In this document: one piece after another, positions 35,685 through 45,696 of the stretch | Layout: every line of letters starts with the position of its first letter | Numbering within the stretch: the stretch's first letter is position 1 | Assembly (NCBI GenBank): GCA_964470865.1 | Contig: CAYYFR010000005.1 | Span: forward strand, 10,858-74,857 | DNA length: 64,000 bases | DNA from: an uncultured Burkholderiales bacterium | Lineage (GTDB): Bacteria; Pseudomonadota; Gammaproteobacteria; Burkholderiales; JAEUOS01 | Reading direction: 5' to 3' | Made by a program: the position numbers and the translations under genes | Notes under the pieces: model-generated | The model's database searches: none | Told to the model about the DNA's origin: nothing | The model's input: only the letters and a program-made list of their open reading frames with translations

Positions 35685-37349
35685 TCAACCCCCGAAACCG
35701 TCGGCCACCGCGATCTCGATCAGGTTGGGCTTGCCGCTGGCAAGCGCTGCCCGCAACGCCGCGCCGACATCGGCCGGATCGCTGATGCGACTGGCCGAAA
35801 GCCCGAACGACTCGGCCAGCTTGCAGAAATCGATCGCCGGATCACGCATGTCCATGCCCACAAATCGATCCGAACCCTGCATTGCCACCAGGCGTTCCTT
35901 GATGATGCGGTAGCTGCGGTTGTTGGTGATCACATAGGTGATCGGCAAGCGCAGGTGGGCCGCCGTCCACAGGCCCTGGATGCCATACATCGCGCTACCG
36001 TCACCAACGATCGCCACTACCGGCCGGCCCGGCTTGGCCAGGCTGATGCCGACCGCGCCCGGCACCGCGAACCCGAGCCCGCCACTGGCCAGGCCGAACA
36101 GACTGCAGGGGTCGTGCTGGTGCATGAAGTGGGGCAAGCTGGTGGCCGAGGTCAAGGCCTCGTCGACCACGATAGCGTCCGGCGGCAGGTTTTCGGCCAA
36201 ACGCAGCATCAGTATCGTGGGGTCCATCGGGCGCTCGGCTTGGCGCAGCAGGGCGCGGTCGCGCGCCAGCATGCGGCGCACGCTCCAGTTGTCGGCGGCA
36301 ATGCGCGCACATCGCTCTTCGGCGGCATTCCGGCAGGCCGCATCCGCAACCGCCTTGAGCGCGGGCAACAGCACCATGAGGGTCTCGCGCACGTTGGCGG
36401 CGATCGCAAGGTCGGTGCGGTAATTCTTTCCAAGCTCCCACGGCCGCTCGCTCAAATGCACCACGGCCACGTGCTCCGGCAGTGGTTCAACCGGGCTGTA
36501 GACCGACATGCGCAGCAGGTCGGCGCCCAGGCAGATCACCATGTCGTAGGGCTCGAGCAGCGCACGCACCGCTTTCTGGCTGCGCGTGAGCGCACCCACG
36601 TATTGCGGGTGCGCGGTCGGAAACGACGCCGCATATGGCACCGGCTCCTGGTAGACCGCCGCGCCCAGCATGGCGGCCAGTTCACCGGCCTGCCCGAACG
36701 CATGGTGGGTGGCCAGTTCCTGCCCGGCGATGATGGCCGGCCGCTTGGCCGAAAGCAGCAGGCGCGCCAGTGCACCGATCGACTCGTCCGACGGCCGCAC
36801 ACGATCATCGATGCGCACGCTGCGACCCAGGTCGAGGTCGGCGCATTCGTTGAGAATGTCGCCGGGCAGGCTGATGAAGACCGGCCCGGTCGGGCGCGTC
36901 ATCGCCACCTTGGCGGCGCGCCGCATGATGCGCGACAGGTCCTGCACACGACCCACTTCGACTGCCCACTTGACCAGGGGTGCGGCGATTGGCGGCAGGG
37001 GCTCGTACAACAGCGGTTCGAGCAGACCGTGGCCCTGCTCCTGCTGGCCGGCGGTGACGATGATGGGCGAGCCGGAAAACTTGGCGTTGTACAGCGCCCC
37101 CATCGCGTTGCCCAAGCCAGGCGCCACGTGCACGTTGGCCGCAGTCAAACTGCGCGAGGCACGCGCGAAGCCATCAGCCATGGCGACAACGACGGATTCC
37201 TGCAGGCCCAGCACGAACTGCAATTGCGCGAAATCAGGCAGCGCCTGCATGATAGGCAGTTCAGTGGTGCCCGGATTGCCGAACAGGTGCGTCACGCCCT
37301 CGCTTACGAGCAAGTCCAGAAAGGCCTGGCGGCCATACAATCTTGTCAC
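35685..37349 (-). CDS. Thiamine-diphosphate-dependent decarboxylase, benzoylformate decarboxylase-like
   Basis: 554 aa. HLFGNPGTTELP, GLGNAMGALYNA, and the TPP motif GDGSAMYGIQGLWTAAHLRLPITYVITNN. Collinear with P. putida MdlC as I recall it. Confidence 0.85.
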   Translation of the reverse strand: MTRLYGRQAFLDLLVSEGVTHLFGNPGTTELPIMQALPDFAQLQFVLGLQESVVVAMADGFARASRSLTAANVHVAPGLGNAMGALYNAKFSGSPIIVTAGQQEQGHGLLEPLLYEPLPPIAAPLVKWAVEVGRVQDLSRIMRRAAKVAMTRPTGPVFISLPGDILNECADLDLGRSVRIDDRVRPSDESIGALARLLLSAKRPAIIAGQELATHHAFGQAGELAAMLGAAVYQEPVPYAASFPTAHPQYVGALTRSQKAVRALLEPYDMVICLGADLLRMSVYSPVEPLPEHVAVVHLSERPWELGKNYRTDLAIAANVRETLMVLLPALKAVADAACRNAAEERCARIAADNWSVRRMLARDRALLRQAERPMDPTILMLRLAENLPPDAIVVDEALTSATSLPHFMHQHDPCSLFGLASGGLGFAVPGAVGISLAKPGRPVVAIVGDGSAMYGIQGLWTAAHLRLPITYVITNNRSYRIIKERLVAMQGSDRFVGMDMRDPAIDFCKLAESFGLSASRISDPADVGAALRAALASGKPNLIEIAVADGFGG

Positions 37350-37780
37350 TGCATTCTCCCCGTTGGTGGCGTCGTCTTGGCGCGGCGGTCAGGCTTGCGT
37401 GACCGGCATTGCTTGCGAATGCACAAAAAGCGCCGAAAGTGCCGGACAAGCCAAACCTTTAGCATAACGAGAATTGGGCAGCGTTGCCAACCCGACCAAA
37501 AAAGCCAAGCTTGGCCGGCTGACCAACGCCAAATACTACGTCCGTAGGGAACAAAAGCCGCTTTTGCGATGGTTTGTCTTGTTGCAACAAACCCGTTCGA
37601 GCGTCCGCGGTAGAGGGATTTGTTGCGCCTTTTCCAACGGCCTGGCGTGGAAAACGCCAAGCCAACTCATCAGGCGGCGCCGAACGCGCGATAGTGGCAA
37701 CGCCAAGACCACGGCGGCTCTGCCAAAGCGCACCAATGCCGCCTTGAGTGACATTCGCAACGCGGCGCAAGCACTGCGCT

Positions 37781-39739
37781 TCAAATATCGGCTTCCGCTT
37801 CGTTGCCGTGTTCCTCGAGCCAGACCCGCCGCGCTGCCGCCTCGCCCTTGCCCATCAGCATGTGAAACTTCAAGCCGGTGCCGGCGAAATCGAGGTTGCC
37901 GAAACGAACCGGCAACAGCCGCCGCGTATCCGGATTCATGGTGGTTTCCCATAGCTGCACGGAACTCATTTCGCCCAGGCCCTTGAAGCGCGAAATCTGC
38001 CACGAACCGGGGCGCACACCCTCCTTGGCAAGCTTGTCCTCGGCGATCTCGAGTTCGGTGTCGTCCAGGCAATAGAGCTTGCGCATCGGCCGTTTGCCGG
38101 CGGCCGGCACATCGATACGAAACAGGGGCGGCCGTGCCACGTAGATGTTGCCGGCGACGATCAACTTCGAAAAGTGCTTGAGGAATAGCGTCAGCAGCAG
38201 AACCTGAATGTGCGAGCCGTCGACATCGGCGTCGGACAGGATGCAGATCTTGCCGTAGCGCAGGCCGCTCAAGTCCGGCGTGTCATGCGGGCCGTGCGGA
38301 TCGACGCCGATGGCCACCGCGATATCGTGCACTTCGTTGTTGGCAAACAGGCGGTCGCGCTCGGTCTCCCAGGTATTGAGCACCTTGCCGCGCAGCGGCA
38401 GGATTGCCTGGAAACCCTTGTCGCGGCCCATCTTGGCACTGCCGCCGGCCGAATCACCTTCGACCAAAAAAACCTCGGTGCGCGCAACGTCACTGGATTC
38501 GCAATCCGTAAGCTTGCCGGGCAGCACCGCGACGCCGGAGCCCTTGCGCTTCTCGACTTTTTGGCCCGCACGCATGCGCACCTGCGCCTGCCTGACCACC
38601 AGGTCGGCCAGCTTCTTGCCCTGGTCTACGTGACTGTTGAGCCAGAATTCGAGCATGGGCCGCGTCTGTTGCGCCACCAGGCGCACCGCATCACGGCTGT
38701 TCAGACGCTCCTTGATCTGCCCCTGGAACTGCGGGTCGAGCACCTTGGCCGACAGCACGAAAGAGGCGCGCGCGAACACGTCTTCGGGCAGTAACTTCAC
38801 GCCCTTGGGCAGGAGGGAATGCAACTCGATGAAAGTCTTGACCGCACCGAACAAGCCTTCGCGCAAGCCCGCTTCGTGGGTGCCGCCGGCGGAAGTCGGG
38901 ATCAGGTTGACATAGGACTCGCGCGCGGTGGCGCCGTCTTCGGTCCAGGCCACCACCCATTGCGCGCCCTCGCCTTCGGCAAAGGCATCATCGGCCGCGC
39001 CTACGTATTTCTCACCCTCGAAATACGGAATCACCGGCTCGGCACCGGACAAGGCTTCCTGCAGATAGCCGCGCAGGCCGTCGCGATACAGCCAGCTCTG
39101 GACCTCGCCGGTTTTCTCGACCGTGAGGGTGACGGCAACGCCGCTCAGAAGCACCGCCTTGGAACGCAAGAGCCTGCGCAATTCCTCCAGCGGCACCACG
39201 CCCGAATCAAAATACTTCGGGTCCGGCCAGGCGCGCACCAGCGTGCCGTGACGATCGGATTTGCCAACCCGCTTCAAGGGTTCAGCGACCTGGCCACCGT
39301 CGTTGAAGACGATGCGATGCTCGCCGCCATCGCGCCACACCACCACCTCAAGCCGCGTCGACAAGGCATTGGTCACCGATACGCCCACGCCGTGCAGGCC
39401 GCCGGAAAAGGTGTAGGCGCCGCCGCCTTTCTTGTCGAACTTGCCACCCGCATGCAGGCGTGTGAAGACGATCTCGATGACCGGCACCTTTTCCTCGGGA
39501 TGCATGCCCACCGGAATGCCGCGCCCGTCGTCGACCACCGACACCGAACCGTCGGCATGCAACACCACCTGCATTCCCTTTGCATGCCCGGCCAGTGCCT
39601 CGTCGGAGGCGTTGTCCAACACCTCCTGGATGATATGCAGCGGGCTTTCGGTACGGGTGTACATGCCGGGTCGCTCGCGCACCGGCTCAAGACCCTTCAA
39701 CACACGGATCGAGGATTCGTTATATGCGTTTTTTGCCAT
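37781..39739 (-). CDS. parE: DNA topoisomerase IV subunit B
   Basis: ORF 37781-39814, trimmed to MAKNAYNESSIRVLKGLEPVRERPGMYT (39739). Toprim LVEGDSAGGSA and PLRGKVLN. Confidence 0.95.
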   Translation of the reverse strand: MAKNAYNESSIRVLKGLEPVRERPGMYTRTESPLHIIQEVLDNASDEALAGHAKGMQVVLHADGSVSVVDDGRGIPVGMHPEEKVPVIEIVFTRLHAGGKFDKKGGGAYTFSGGLHGVGVSVTNALSTRLEVVVWRDGGEHRIVFNDGGQVAEPLKRVGKSDRHGTLVRAWPDPKYFDSGVVPLEELRRLLRSKAVLLSGVAVTLTVEKTGEVQSWLYRDGLRGYLQEALSGAEPVIPYFEGEKYVGAADDAFAEGEGAQWVVAWTEDGATARESYVNLIPTSAGGTHEAGLREGLFGAVKTFIELHSLLPKGVKLLPEDVFARASFVLSAKVLDPQFQGQIKERLNSRDAVRLVAQQTRPMLEFWLNSHVDQGKKLADLVVRQAQVRMRAGQKVEKRKGSGVAVLPGKLTDCESSDVARTEVFLVEGDSAGGSAKMGRDKGFQAILPLRGKVLNTWETERDRLFANNEVHDIAVAIGVDPHGPHDTPDLSGLRYGKICILSDADVDGSHIQVLLLTLFLKHFSKLIVAGNIYVARPPLFRIDVPAAGKRPMRKLYCLDDTELEIAEDKLAKEGVRPGSWQISRFKGLGEMSSVQLWETTMNPDTRRLLPVRFGNLDFAGTGLKFHMLMGKGEAAARRVWLEEHGNEAEADI

Positions 39740-40145
39740 TGTCAATATGCGGGACGGCGAATGATGGGCCTGAGTTATCCACAGAAAAGGTGGAAAAAGC
39801 CGGCCCGAAAACAAAAAAAGCCAAGCCGGTCAACGGTCTTGCTGGGGCGCTGAAAAATCAGGCGGACCTTGACGACTAGCCGCAAAAAATCATGTTCGCA
39901 AGGTCGAACACCATGTTGGGTCGCAACCAGGCGGCGAAGGTAAGTGCGAACAGAGCGCTTGCCACCACTACCAGTGCGTAGCGCCAGGCACGCACGGCCG
40001 GCAGCCAGCGCAGGGGTTCATCTGGCGCGGCGGCTTGCAACATCGATTCGTGGCGCATGGCTTGGTGGTTGAACCGAGCCAGCGCGGTCCGGACAGTCGC
40101 TGGCTTCAAGCGCAAATTATACGCGGCGGGCTACGCCAGGCCAAT

Positions 40146-42059
40146 TCAGGCCCGCGCCTTTTCAAGCAAATCCCAGCGCTCCAGTGCAAGCAGAAGTTCG
40201 CGTTCGATCGCTTCGATGCGCGCGCTGGCAAGCGCCACTTCGTGCGGTGCCTTCACATAAATGTCGGGATCGGCCAGACGCGCGTTGAGCGCCACCTGCT
40301 CGGCCTCGAGAGCGTCGATCTGCCCGGGCAGGGCCTCAAGGGCGCGCGCGTCCTTGTACGAAAGCCTGGGTCGCCGTGCCTGCGCCGCGGGCGCGGCGAC
40401 CCTGGCGTTAGCCTGCGCGGCGGCCGCCGCGGCATCCTTGCCTGGCGCCCGCGCGCGGCGCGCAAGTACCGCCTGCCACTCGCTGTAGCCACCAGGATTG
40501 GCGGTCCAGCGCCCGTCGCCTTCGAACGCCAACACCTCGGTGACGACGTTATCGAGGAAGGCGCGGTCATGGCTGACCAGAATCACGGTACCGGAATAGT
40601 CTTGCAGCATCGATTCGAGCAACTCCAGCGTATCGATATCGAGGTCGTTGGTGGGTTCGTCGAGTATCAGCAGGTTGGCCGGCCGCGCGAACAGGCGTGC
40701 CAGCAGCAAGCGGTTGCGCTCGCCACCGGACAGCGCTCCCACCTTGGCCTGCGCGCGCTCCGGCGGAAACAGAAAGTCGGCCAGATAGGTCATCACATGC
40801 TTGCGTGCCACGCCATCCGGCCCGCCGGTTTCAACCCATTCGGAGCCGGGGCTGATAGTGTCGATCAGGGTTGCGTTGTCGTCGAGCACGGCACGAAACT
40901 GGTCGAAATAGGCGATCTCCAGCCGCGTGCCCAAGCGTACCTCGCCGGCATCCGGTTCGATCTGGCCCAGCAGCAGGCGAATCAGGGTCGACTTGCCGGC
41001 GCCATTCGGCCCGATGATGCCGATCTTGTCGCCGCGCATGATGGTGGTGGTGAGCTCGCGCACGGCAGTGACCTGCTCCCAACCCTTTGACACCGCCGTG
41101 AATTCCGCCACCAGCTTGCCCGAACGCGCCGAGTTGTCGACTGCCAGCACCACCGCGCCCTGACGTTCGCGACGCTCGCTGCGCGCGCGGCGCAGGCGTT
41201 CAAGCCGCCGCACCCTTCCTTCATTGCGCGTGCGGCGCGCCTCGACGCCCTTGCGGATCCACACCTCTTCGGCCTTGAGAAACTTGTCGAACTTCGCGTT
41301 GACCACACGCTCGACTTCGACCTGCTCCGCTTTGCGCGCCTGGTAGGCGGCGAAGTTGCCGGGAAATGACAACAGGCGGCCGCGATCGAGCTCGACCACG
41401 CGTGTTGCCACGCGATCCAGGAAGGCGCGATCGTGGGTGATCAGCAGTACCGCACCACGAAAGCCGACCAGCAAGTCCTCGAGCCAGGCGATGCCTTCGA
41501 TATCCAGATGGTTGGTCGGCTCATCAAGCAACAGGAGCTCCGGTTCGCCGACCAGCGCGCGTGCCAGCGCGATGCGCTTCTTGGTGCCGCCGGAGCATTC
41601 GCCGACCACCGCATCGGCGGCCAGCCCAAGGCGCTCCAGCGCCGCCTCGACCCGCCGCGGCACGTCCCAGGCACCGCTTTCGGCCATGCGCGCTTCCAGC
41701 TCACCCAGCCCGGCCAGCGCGTCGGGCTCATCGGCACCCCGGGCGAGAAGCGCTTCGTATTGCGCCAGCAAGGCGCTTTGCAGGGCCAGGCCGCCGGCGA
41801 CCGCGGCAAACACCGTATCGGAGGGCAGCAAGTCAGGCTCCTGATCGACTACCGCCAGCCGCAGCCCGGGCCGCAACCATACTGCTCCATCGTCGAGCTT
41901 GCGCTTGCCCGCGAGCACCGCGAGCAGGCTGGACTTGCCGACACCGTTGCGGCCGATCAGCGCGACCCGTTCACCACTATCGATTGCGAAATCCGCGTGA
42001 TCAAGCAGCGGCACATGGCCATAGGCCAAGTCTGCTGCGTCCAGTGTTGCCAGCGGCAT
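40146..42059 (-). CDS. uup: ABC-F family ATPase (Uup-like)
   Basis: Two ABC cassettes (GRNGVGKSSLL; GPNGAGKSTLI), signatures CSGGTKKRIALA and LSGGERNRLLLA. No TM domain. Coiled-coil C-terminus. Confidence 0.9.
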   Translation of the reverse strand: MPLATLDAADLAYGHVPLLDHADFAIDSGERVALIGRNGVGKSSLLAVLAGKRKLDDGAVWLRPGLRLAVVDQEPDLLPSDTVFAAVAGGLALQSALLAQYEALLARGADEPDALAGLGELEARMAESGAWDVPRRVEAALERLGLAADAVVGECSGGTKKRIALARALVGEPELLLLDEPTNHLDIEGIAWLEDLLVGFRGAVLLITHDRAFLDRVATRVVELDRGRLLSFPGNFAAYQARKAEQVEVERVVNAKFDKFLKAEEVWIRKGVEARRTRNEGRVRRLERLRRARSERRERQGAVVLAVDNSARSGKLVAEFTAVSKGWEQVTAVRELTTTIMRGDKIGIIGPNGAGKSTLIRLLLGQIEPDAGEVRLGTRLEIAYFDQFRAVLDDNATLIDTISPGSEWVETGGPDGVARKHVMTYLADFLFPPERAQAKVGALSGGERNRLLLARLFARPANLLILDEPTNDLDIDTLELLESMLQDYSGTVILVSHDRAFLDNVVTEVLAFEGDGRWTANPGGYSEWQAVLARRARAPGKDAAAAAAQANARVAAPAAQARRPRLSYKDARALEALPGQIDALEAEQVALNARLADPDIYVKAPHEVALASARIEAIERELLLALERWDLLEKARA

Positions 42060-42089
42060 GGTGATGGTCCTGACGAATCCCGGTTGCGC

Positions 42090-42491
42090 TCAATCGCGCC
42101 AGGGCTCGGCAATCTCGATCAAATTGCGATCGGGATCGCGCAGATAAATCGAACGGATCGGCCAGCGCGCGCCGGTGCGCTTTACCGGACCAAGCTCCAC
42201 CGCGATACCCTGCCTGGAAAGATGGACGAGCAGTTGGTCCAGCGGCACGGCTGCGATCAGGCAGATGTCCAGTGAGCCGGGCGTGGGTACAGTGGCATAG
42301 ATGTCGGTGACGTTGGCGTCGCCGGCCTGATGCAGATTGAATTTTTGATCGCCAAACCGCAGCGCCTTGCGCTGCGGTTTGGGCGGCTCACCGAAGGTTT
42401 CGAGCCGCATGCCGAGCACGCGGGTGTAGAAATCGATGGTCGCTGCCAAGTCTTTACACGTGATGACAATGTGATCGATGCTTTGGATCAT
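42090..42491 (-). CDS. VOC (glyoxalase/bleomycin-resistance/dioxygenase) family protein
   Basis: ORF 42090-42590, trimmed to MIQSIDHIVITCKDLAATIDFYTRVLGM (42491). C-terminal IYLRDPDRNLIEI. Confidence 0.8.
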   Translation of the reverse strand: MIQSIDHIVITCKDLAATIDFYTRVLGMRLETFGEPPKPQRKALRFGDQKFNLHQAGDANVTDIYATVPTPGSLDICLIAAVPLDQLLVHLSRQGIAVELGPVKRTGARWPIRSIYLRDPDRNLIEIAEPWRD

Positions 42492-42764
42492 GATGTGGCT
42501 GGGAAGTTCGCAGTGCCGGCGACGGATCGCGCATGCGTCGGACGCTGCAAGTAAGAAGGCGCGCATCATACCAGCGCTCCCGGCCGGCAATCCGGGTTTA
42601 CTGCGCCGACTGGTTGCACACCGCGCTTGTGAGGTGCGGCTTTGCGCCAGACATGGCGCTACTTTCCCCGCCGCTCGCTGTCGTTCAACGGGTGCTTTCA
42701 GTTCGTCGGCAACTACCGCGCAGGCACGCGGATTGGCGTGCGCCGCAATTGGCCGCTCGATGGT

Positions 42765-44288
42765 TCAGGCCGCGGCCAGGTTCAGCCCGAGCTGCACGCC
42801 ATCCTCTTCACCTTCGTCGCCGGTATCGCGATGCTGGTCGCGCTGCGACTCGACGCCCGACAGGTATTCGGTGGTGACATCACCGGTGACATAACAGCCC
42901 GAAAAACATGAAGCCTCGAACGAGGTCAGCTTCGGGTTGAGTTCACGCACCGCGCGTTCGAGCGCGTCCAAGTCCTGGTAGATCAGCTCGTCGGCACCGA
43001 TTTCGCGCGCGATTTCCAGGACGCTGCGTTCGTTGGCGATCAGTTCGTGCCGGGTCGGCATGTCGATGCCATAGACGTTGGCGAAGCGCACCGGCGGCGC
43101 AGCGGAGGCGAAATAGACCTTGCTGGCACCGGCCTCGCGGGCCATGTTCACGATTTCGCGTGAGGTGGTGCCGCGCACGATCGAGTCATCGACGATCAGC
43201 ACGTTCTTGCCCTTGAATTCCACCGCAATGGCGTTGAGCTTCTGGCGCACGGTTTTCTTGCGCAGGGCCTGGCCGGGCATGATGAAGGTTCGGCCGATGT
43301 AGCGATTTTTGATGAAACCTTCGCGGTAATCGAGCTTCAGCTTCATCGCCAGCTGCATCGCCGCCGGGCGGCTCGAATCGGGAATCGGCATGACCACATC
43401 GATTTTCGAGGTCAGCCCCAGGGCTTCGATGCGATCGGCCAGAAATTCGCCCAGCTTGAGACGCGCCGCGTAGACCGAAACACCATCGAGCGAAGAGTCC
43501 GGCCGCGCCAGGTATACGTATTCGAAAATGCAGGGATTCAGGCTCGGATGGCGCGCGCACTGCTGCGTCTTCACGTTGCCGTCCAGATCAATGAACACCG
43601 CCTCGCCGGGCGCCACGTCGCGCACCATCTCGAACCCCGAGCCCTCGAGCGCCACCGACTCGGAGGCCACCATGTGCTCTTCACCAAGACCCGAACCACG
43701 GCGCCCCAGGCACAGCGGCCGGATGCCGAACGGATCGCGAAACGCCAACAAGCCATAGCCGGCGATCAGCGCCACCACCGCGTATGCGCCACGCAGGCGC
43801 TCATGCACCCGCGCCACCGCCTGAAAAATCGCGGCCGGGTCGAGACGATAGTTCCTGGTGGCCTTTTCCAGCTCGTGCGCCAGCACATTGAGCAGCACTT
43901 CGGAATCGGATTCGGTATTGATGTGCCGCAGGTCCTGGCGGTACATGTCGATCTTCAATTGCGCGGTATTGGTCAGGTTGCCGTTGTGCGCCAGCGAAAT
44001 GCCGAACGGCGAATTGACATAAAAAGGCTGCGCCAGGGCGGCGTTGGACGATGAGCCGGCGGTCGGATAGCGGCAGTGGGCGATGCCGATGTTGCCCGGC
44101 AGGTCGCGCATGTTGCGGGTGCGAAACACGTCACGCACAAAACCCATGTTCTTGTGCATGTGAAACGAGTTGTCGCTGATGGTGGCGATGCCGGCCGCAT
44201 CCTGCCCGCGGTGCTGCAACAGCAGGAGCCCGTCATAGAGCAACTGATTGACCGGGGTTTTCGCAACCACGCCTATGACACCGCACAT
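42765..44288 (-). CDS. purF: Amidophosphoribosyltransferase
   Basis: MCGVIGV N-terminal nucleophile. PRPP loop VLIVDDSIVRGTTS. Conserved purF-cvpA-dedD-folC neighbourhood. Confidence 0.95.
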   Translation of the reverse strand: MCGVIGVVAKTPVNQLLYDGLLLLQHRGQDAAGIATISDNSFHMHKNMGFVRDVFRTRNMRDLPGNIGIAHCRYPTAGSSSNAALAQPFYVNSPFGISLAHNGNLTNTAQLKIDMYRQDLRHINTESDSEVLLNVLAHELEKATRNYRLDPAAIFQAVARVHERLRGAYAVVALIAGYGLLAFRDPFGIRPLCLGRRGSGLGEEHMVASESVALEGSGFEMVRDVAPGEAVFIDLDGNVKTQQCARHPSLNPCIFEYVYLARPDSSLDGVSVYAARLKLGEFLADRIEALGLTSKIDVVMPIPDSSRPAAMQLAMKLKLDYREGFIKNRYIGRTFIMPGQALRKKTVRQKLNAIAVEFKGKNVLIVDDSIVRGTTSREIVNMAREAGASKVYFASAAPPVRFANVYGIDMPTRHELIANERSVLEIAREIGADELIYQDLDALERAVRELNPKLTSFEASCFSGCYVTGDVTTEYLSGVESQRDQHRDTGDEGEEDGVQLGLNLAAA

Positions 44289-44437
44289 GAAGCTCTCCGC
44301 GAGAGGGTGACAACCGCGTTAAGAAAACACTGATTGAGTCTCTGTGCCACGGACTCCCGAACAGCAGTCTTGGATCCATACCACACACTGCACAAGCGGC
44401 TCCCGCTCCCTGCCTGCTTGTTCAGTGTTTTCCTGAA

Positions 44438-44926
44438 TCAGAAGTTTACCTTGCCTGCGATGGTGTCAGGCAGCCAGGGCTTGACTGTACGCACCGCAGT
44501 TTCGGCCAAAGGGCTGAACAAGGCATGTTTCCAGAAATCCATTTGCGGCAACTTGGTCATGCCGGCCACCATCACCAACGCCAATACGATCACCACGCCG
44601 CGCGCAAGCCCGAACAAGCCGCCCAGGCCGCGATCGGCGAGGCTCAACCCGGCTGCCTGCACCGCGCGCATGATGCCCCAGCTGACCAGCGCCATCAGCA
44701 AGGCCATGCCCAGTAGCAGCAGCAGGAATGCGACGATGGTGCGCAGTACCGGGTGGGATGGCAAAAACACCAGCATGCCGGCGAATTGCTCGGCGAACAG
44801 GCTGGCCACCACGAAGGCCGCGACCCAGCCGATCAGCGAAAGTATTTCGCGTACCAAGCCGCGCAATACCGATACGGTGATCGATAACAGCAGGATCGCC
44901 AGCACGGCGTAATCGAAAATGGTCAC
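44438..44926 (-). CDS. cvpA: CvpA-family membrane protein
   Basis: 162 aa, four hydrophobic segments, MTIFDYAVLAILLLS...VLRGLVREI. Positioned upstream of purF. Confidence 0.9.
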   Translation of the reverse strand: MTIFDYAVLAILLLSITVSVLRGLVREILSLIGWVAAFVVASLFAEQFAGMLVFLPSHPVLRTIVAFLLLLLGMALLMALVSWGIMRAVQAAGLSLADRGLGGLFGLARGVVIVLALVMVAGMTKLPQMDFWKHALFSPLAETAVRTVKPWLPDTIAGKVNF

Positions 44927-44932
44927 GCGAAC

Positions 44933-45676
44933 TCAGCGGGCAACCACTGCTGCGCTGCTGAAACCAAGGGTACGGATTTTATCGCGCGCGGCTTCGGCCG
45001 CCTCGCGACCGGCGAAGGGTCCGGCGCGCACGCGTGTGCGTTCCCCATCTTTGGAATCGAGCTTCTCGACGTAGCTCTTGAAGCCGGCAACGGCCAGTTT
45101 GTCGCGTGCTTCGCGTACCTTTTCCTCGCTGGCGAAGGCACCGATCTGCACCGCAAAACCAGCGGCATCCTTGGTGCCGGCTGCGGCGGCCGCCTTGTCG
45201 TCCAGAATCGCCTTGACGCGCGTTTCTTCGCGCTGTGGCGGCTGCGGGGTCGGATCCGGCTTCGGATCGGCCTTCGGCACGACTTTCGGGTCGGCTTTGG
45301 TGGCCGCCCTGGAATCCGCTTTCAGTTCCACCTTGGGTTCACGGTTCGCCTCGGCCCTGGCAGCAGTGCCAGATGCCACTGGCGCAGGGGGCGCGCCGGC
45401 CTCACGCTCGATCGCAGTCGATGGCGGCGCTTTTGGCTCCTTGGGCTCGACGCTTTTCGGCTTGGCACTGCCGGCGGCGGGAGGACGCACGGTCACAACA
45501 TCCTGACTCGGAATCTGCACAGACACATCCTGGTCGAGCGGCTTCTTCTCGGCATCGAAAATCCACGGCAGCGCGATTACGGCGACCAGCACGAGCGCGA
45601 TCGAACCGATCAGGCGGCGGCGGGCGCGACGTTTGAAAGTGGAATCGGCGGAATCTGGCGGGGAACTGGACGCCAT
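44933..45676 (-). CDS. dedD: SPOR-domain cell-division protein (DedD-like)
   Basis: N-terminal TM segment, Pro/Lys/Ala-rich linker, C-terminal SPOR domain (FAVQIGAFASEEKVREARDKL...RVRAGPF). Position between folC and cvpA as in E. coli. Confidence 0.8.
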   Translation of the reverse strand: MASSSPPDSADSTFKRRARRRLIGSIALVLVAVIALPWIFDAEKKPLDQDVSVQIPSQDVVTVRPPAAGSAKPKSVEPKEPKAPPSTAIEREAGAPPAPVASGTAARAEANREPKVELKADSRAATKADPKVVPKADPKPDPTPQPPQREETRVKAILDDKAAAAAGTKDAAGFAVQIGAFASEEKVREARDKLAVAGFKSYVEKLDSKDGERTRVRAGPFAGREAAEAARDKIRTLGFSSAAVVAR

Positions 45677-45696
45677 GGGCTGGGGCTGTGCGCGCG

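Noticed and set aside
37595-37610. GTTCGAG string resembling a tRNA T-loop in the 37.35-37.78 kb gap
   Set aside because: No acceptor stem, anticodon arm or D-arm can be built around it.
30261-39853. Series of long plus-strand ORFs (30261-31670, 33464-34672, 34672-35913, 35955-37547, 38819-39853)
   Set aside because: Each lies opposite a confidently identified minus-strand gene (parC, SLT/plsC-like, cdsA-like, TPP enzyme, parE). None shows domain-like sequence. The same applies to 40035-41090, 45817-47151, 56646-57839, 58558-60342, 61302-62549 and 61510-62748.
39876-40115. 79-aa minus-strand ORF between uup and parE with a hydrophobic segment (ALVVVASALFALTFAAWL)
   Set aside because: It needs a TTG start or internal ATGs without any SD, and no family was recognised. 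It might be a real small membrane protein, but I cannot support it from sequence alone.
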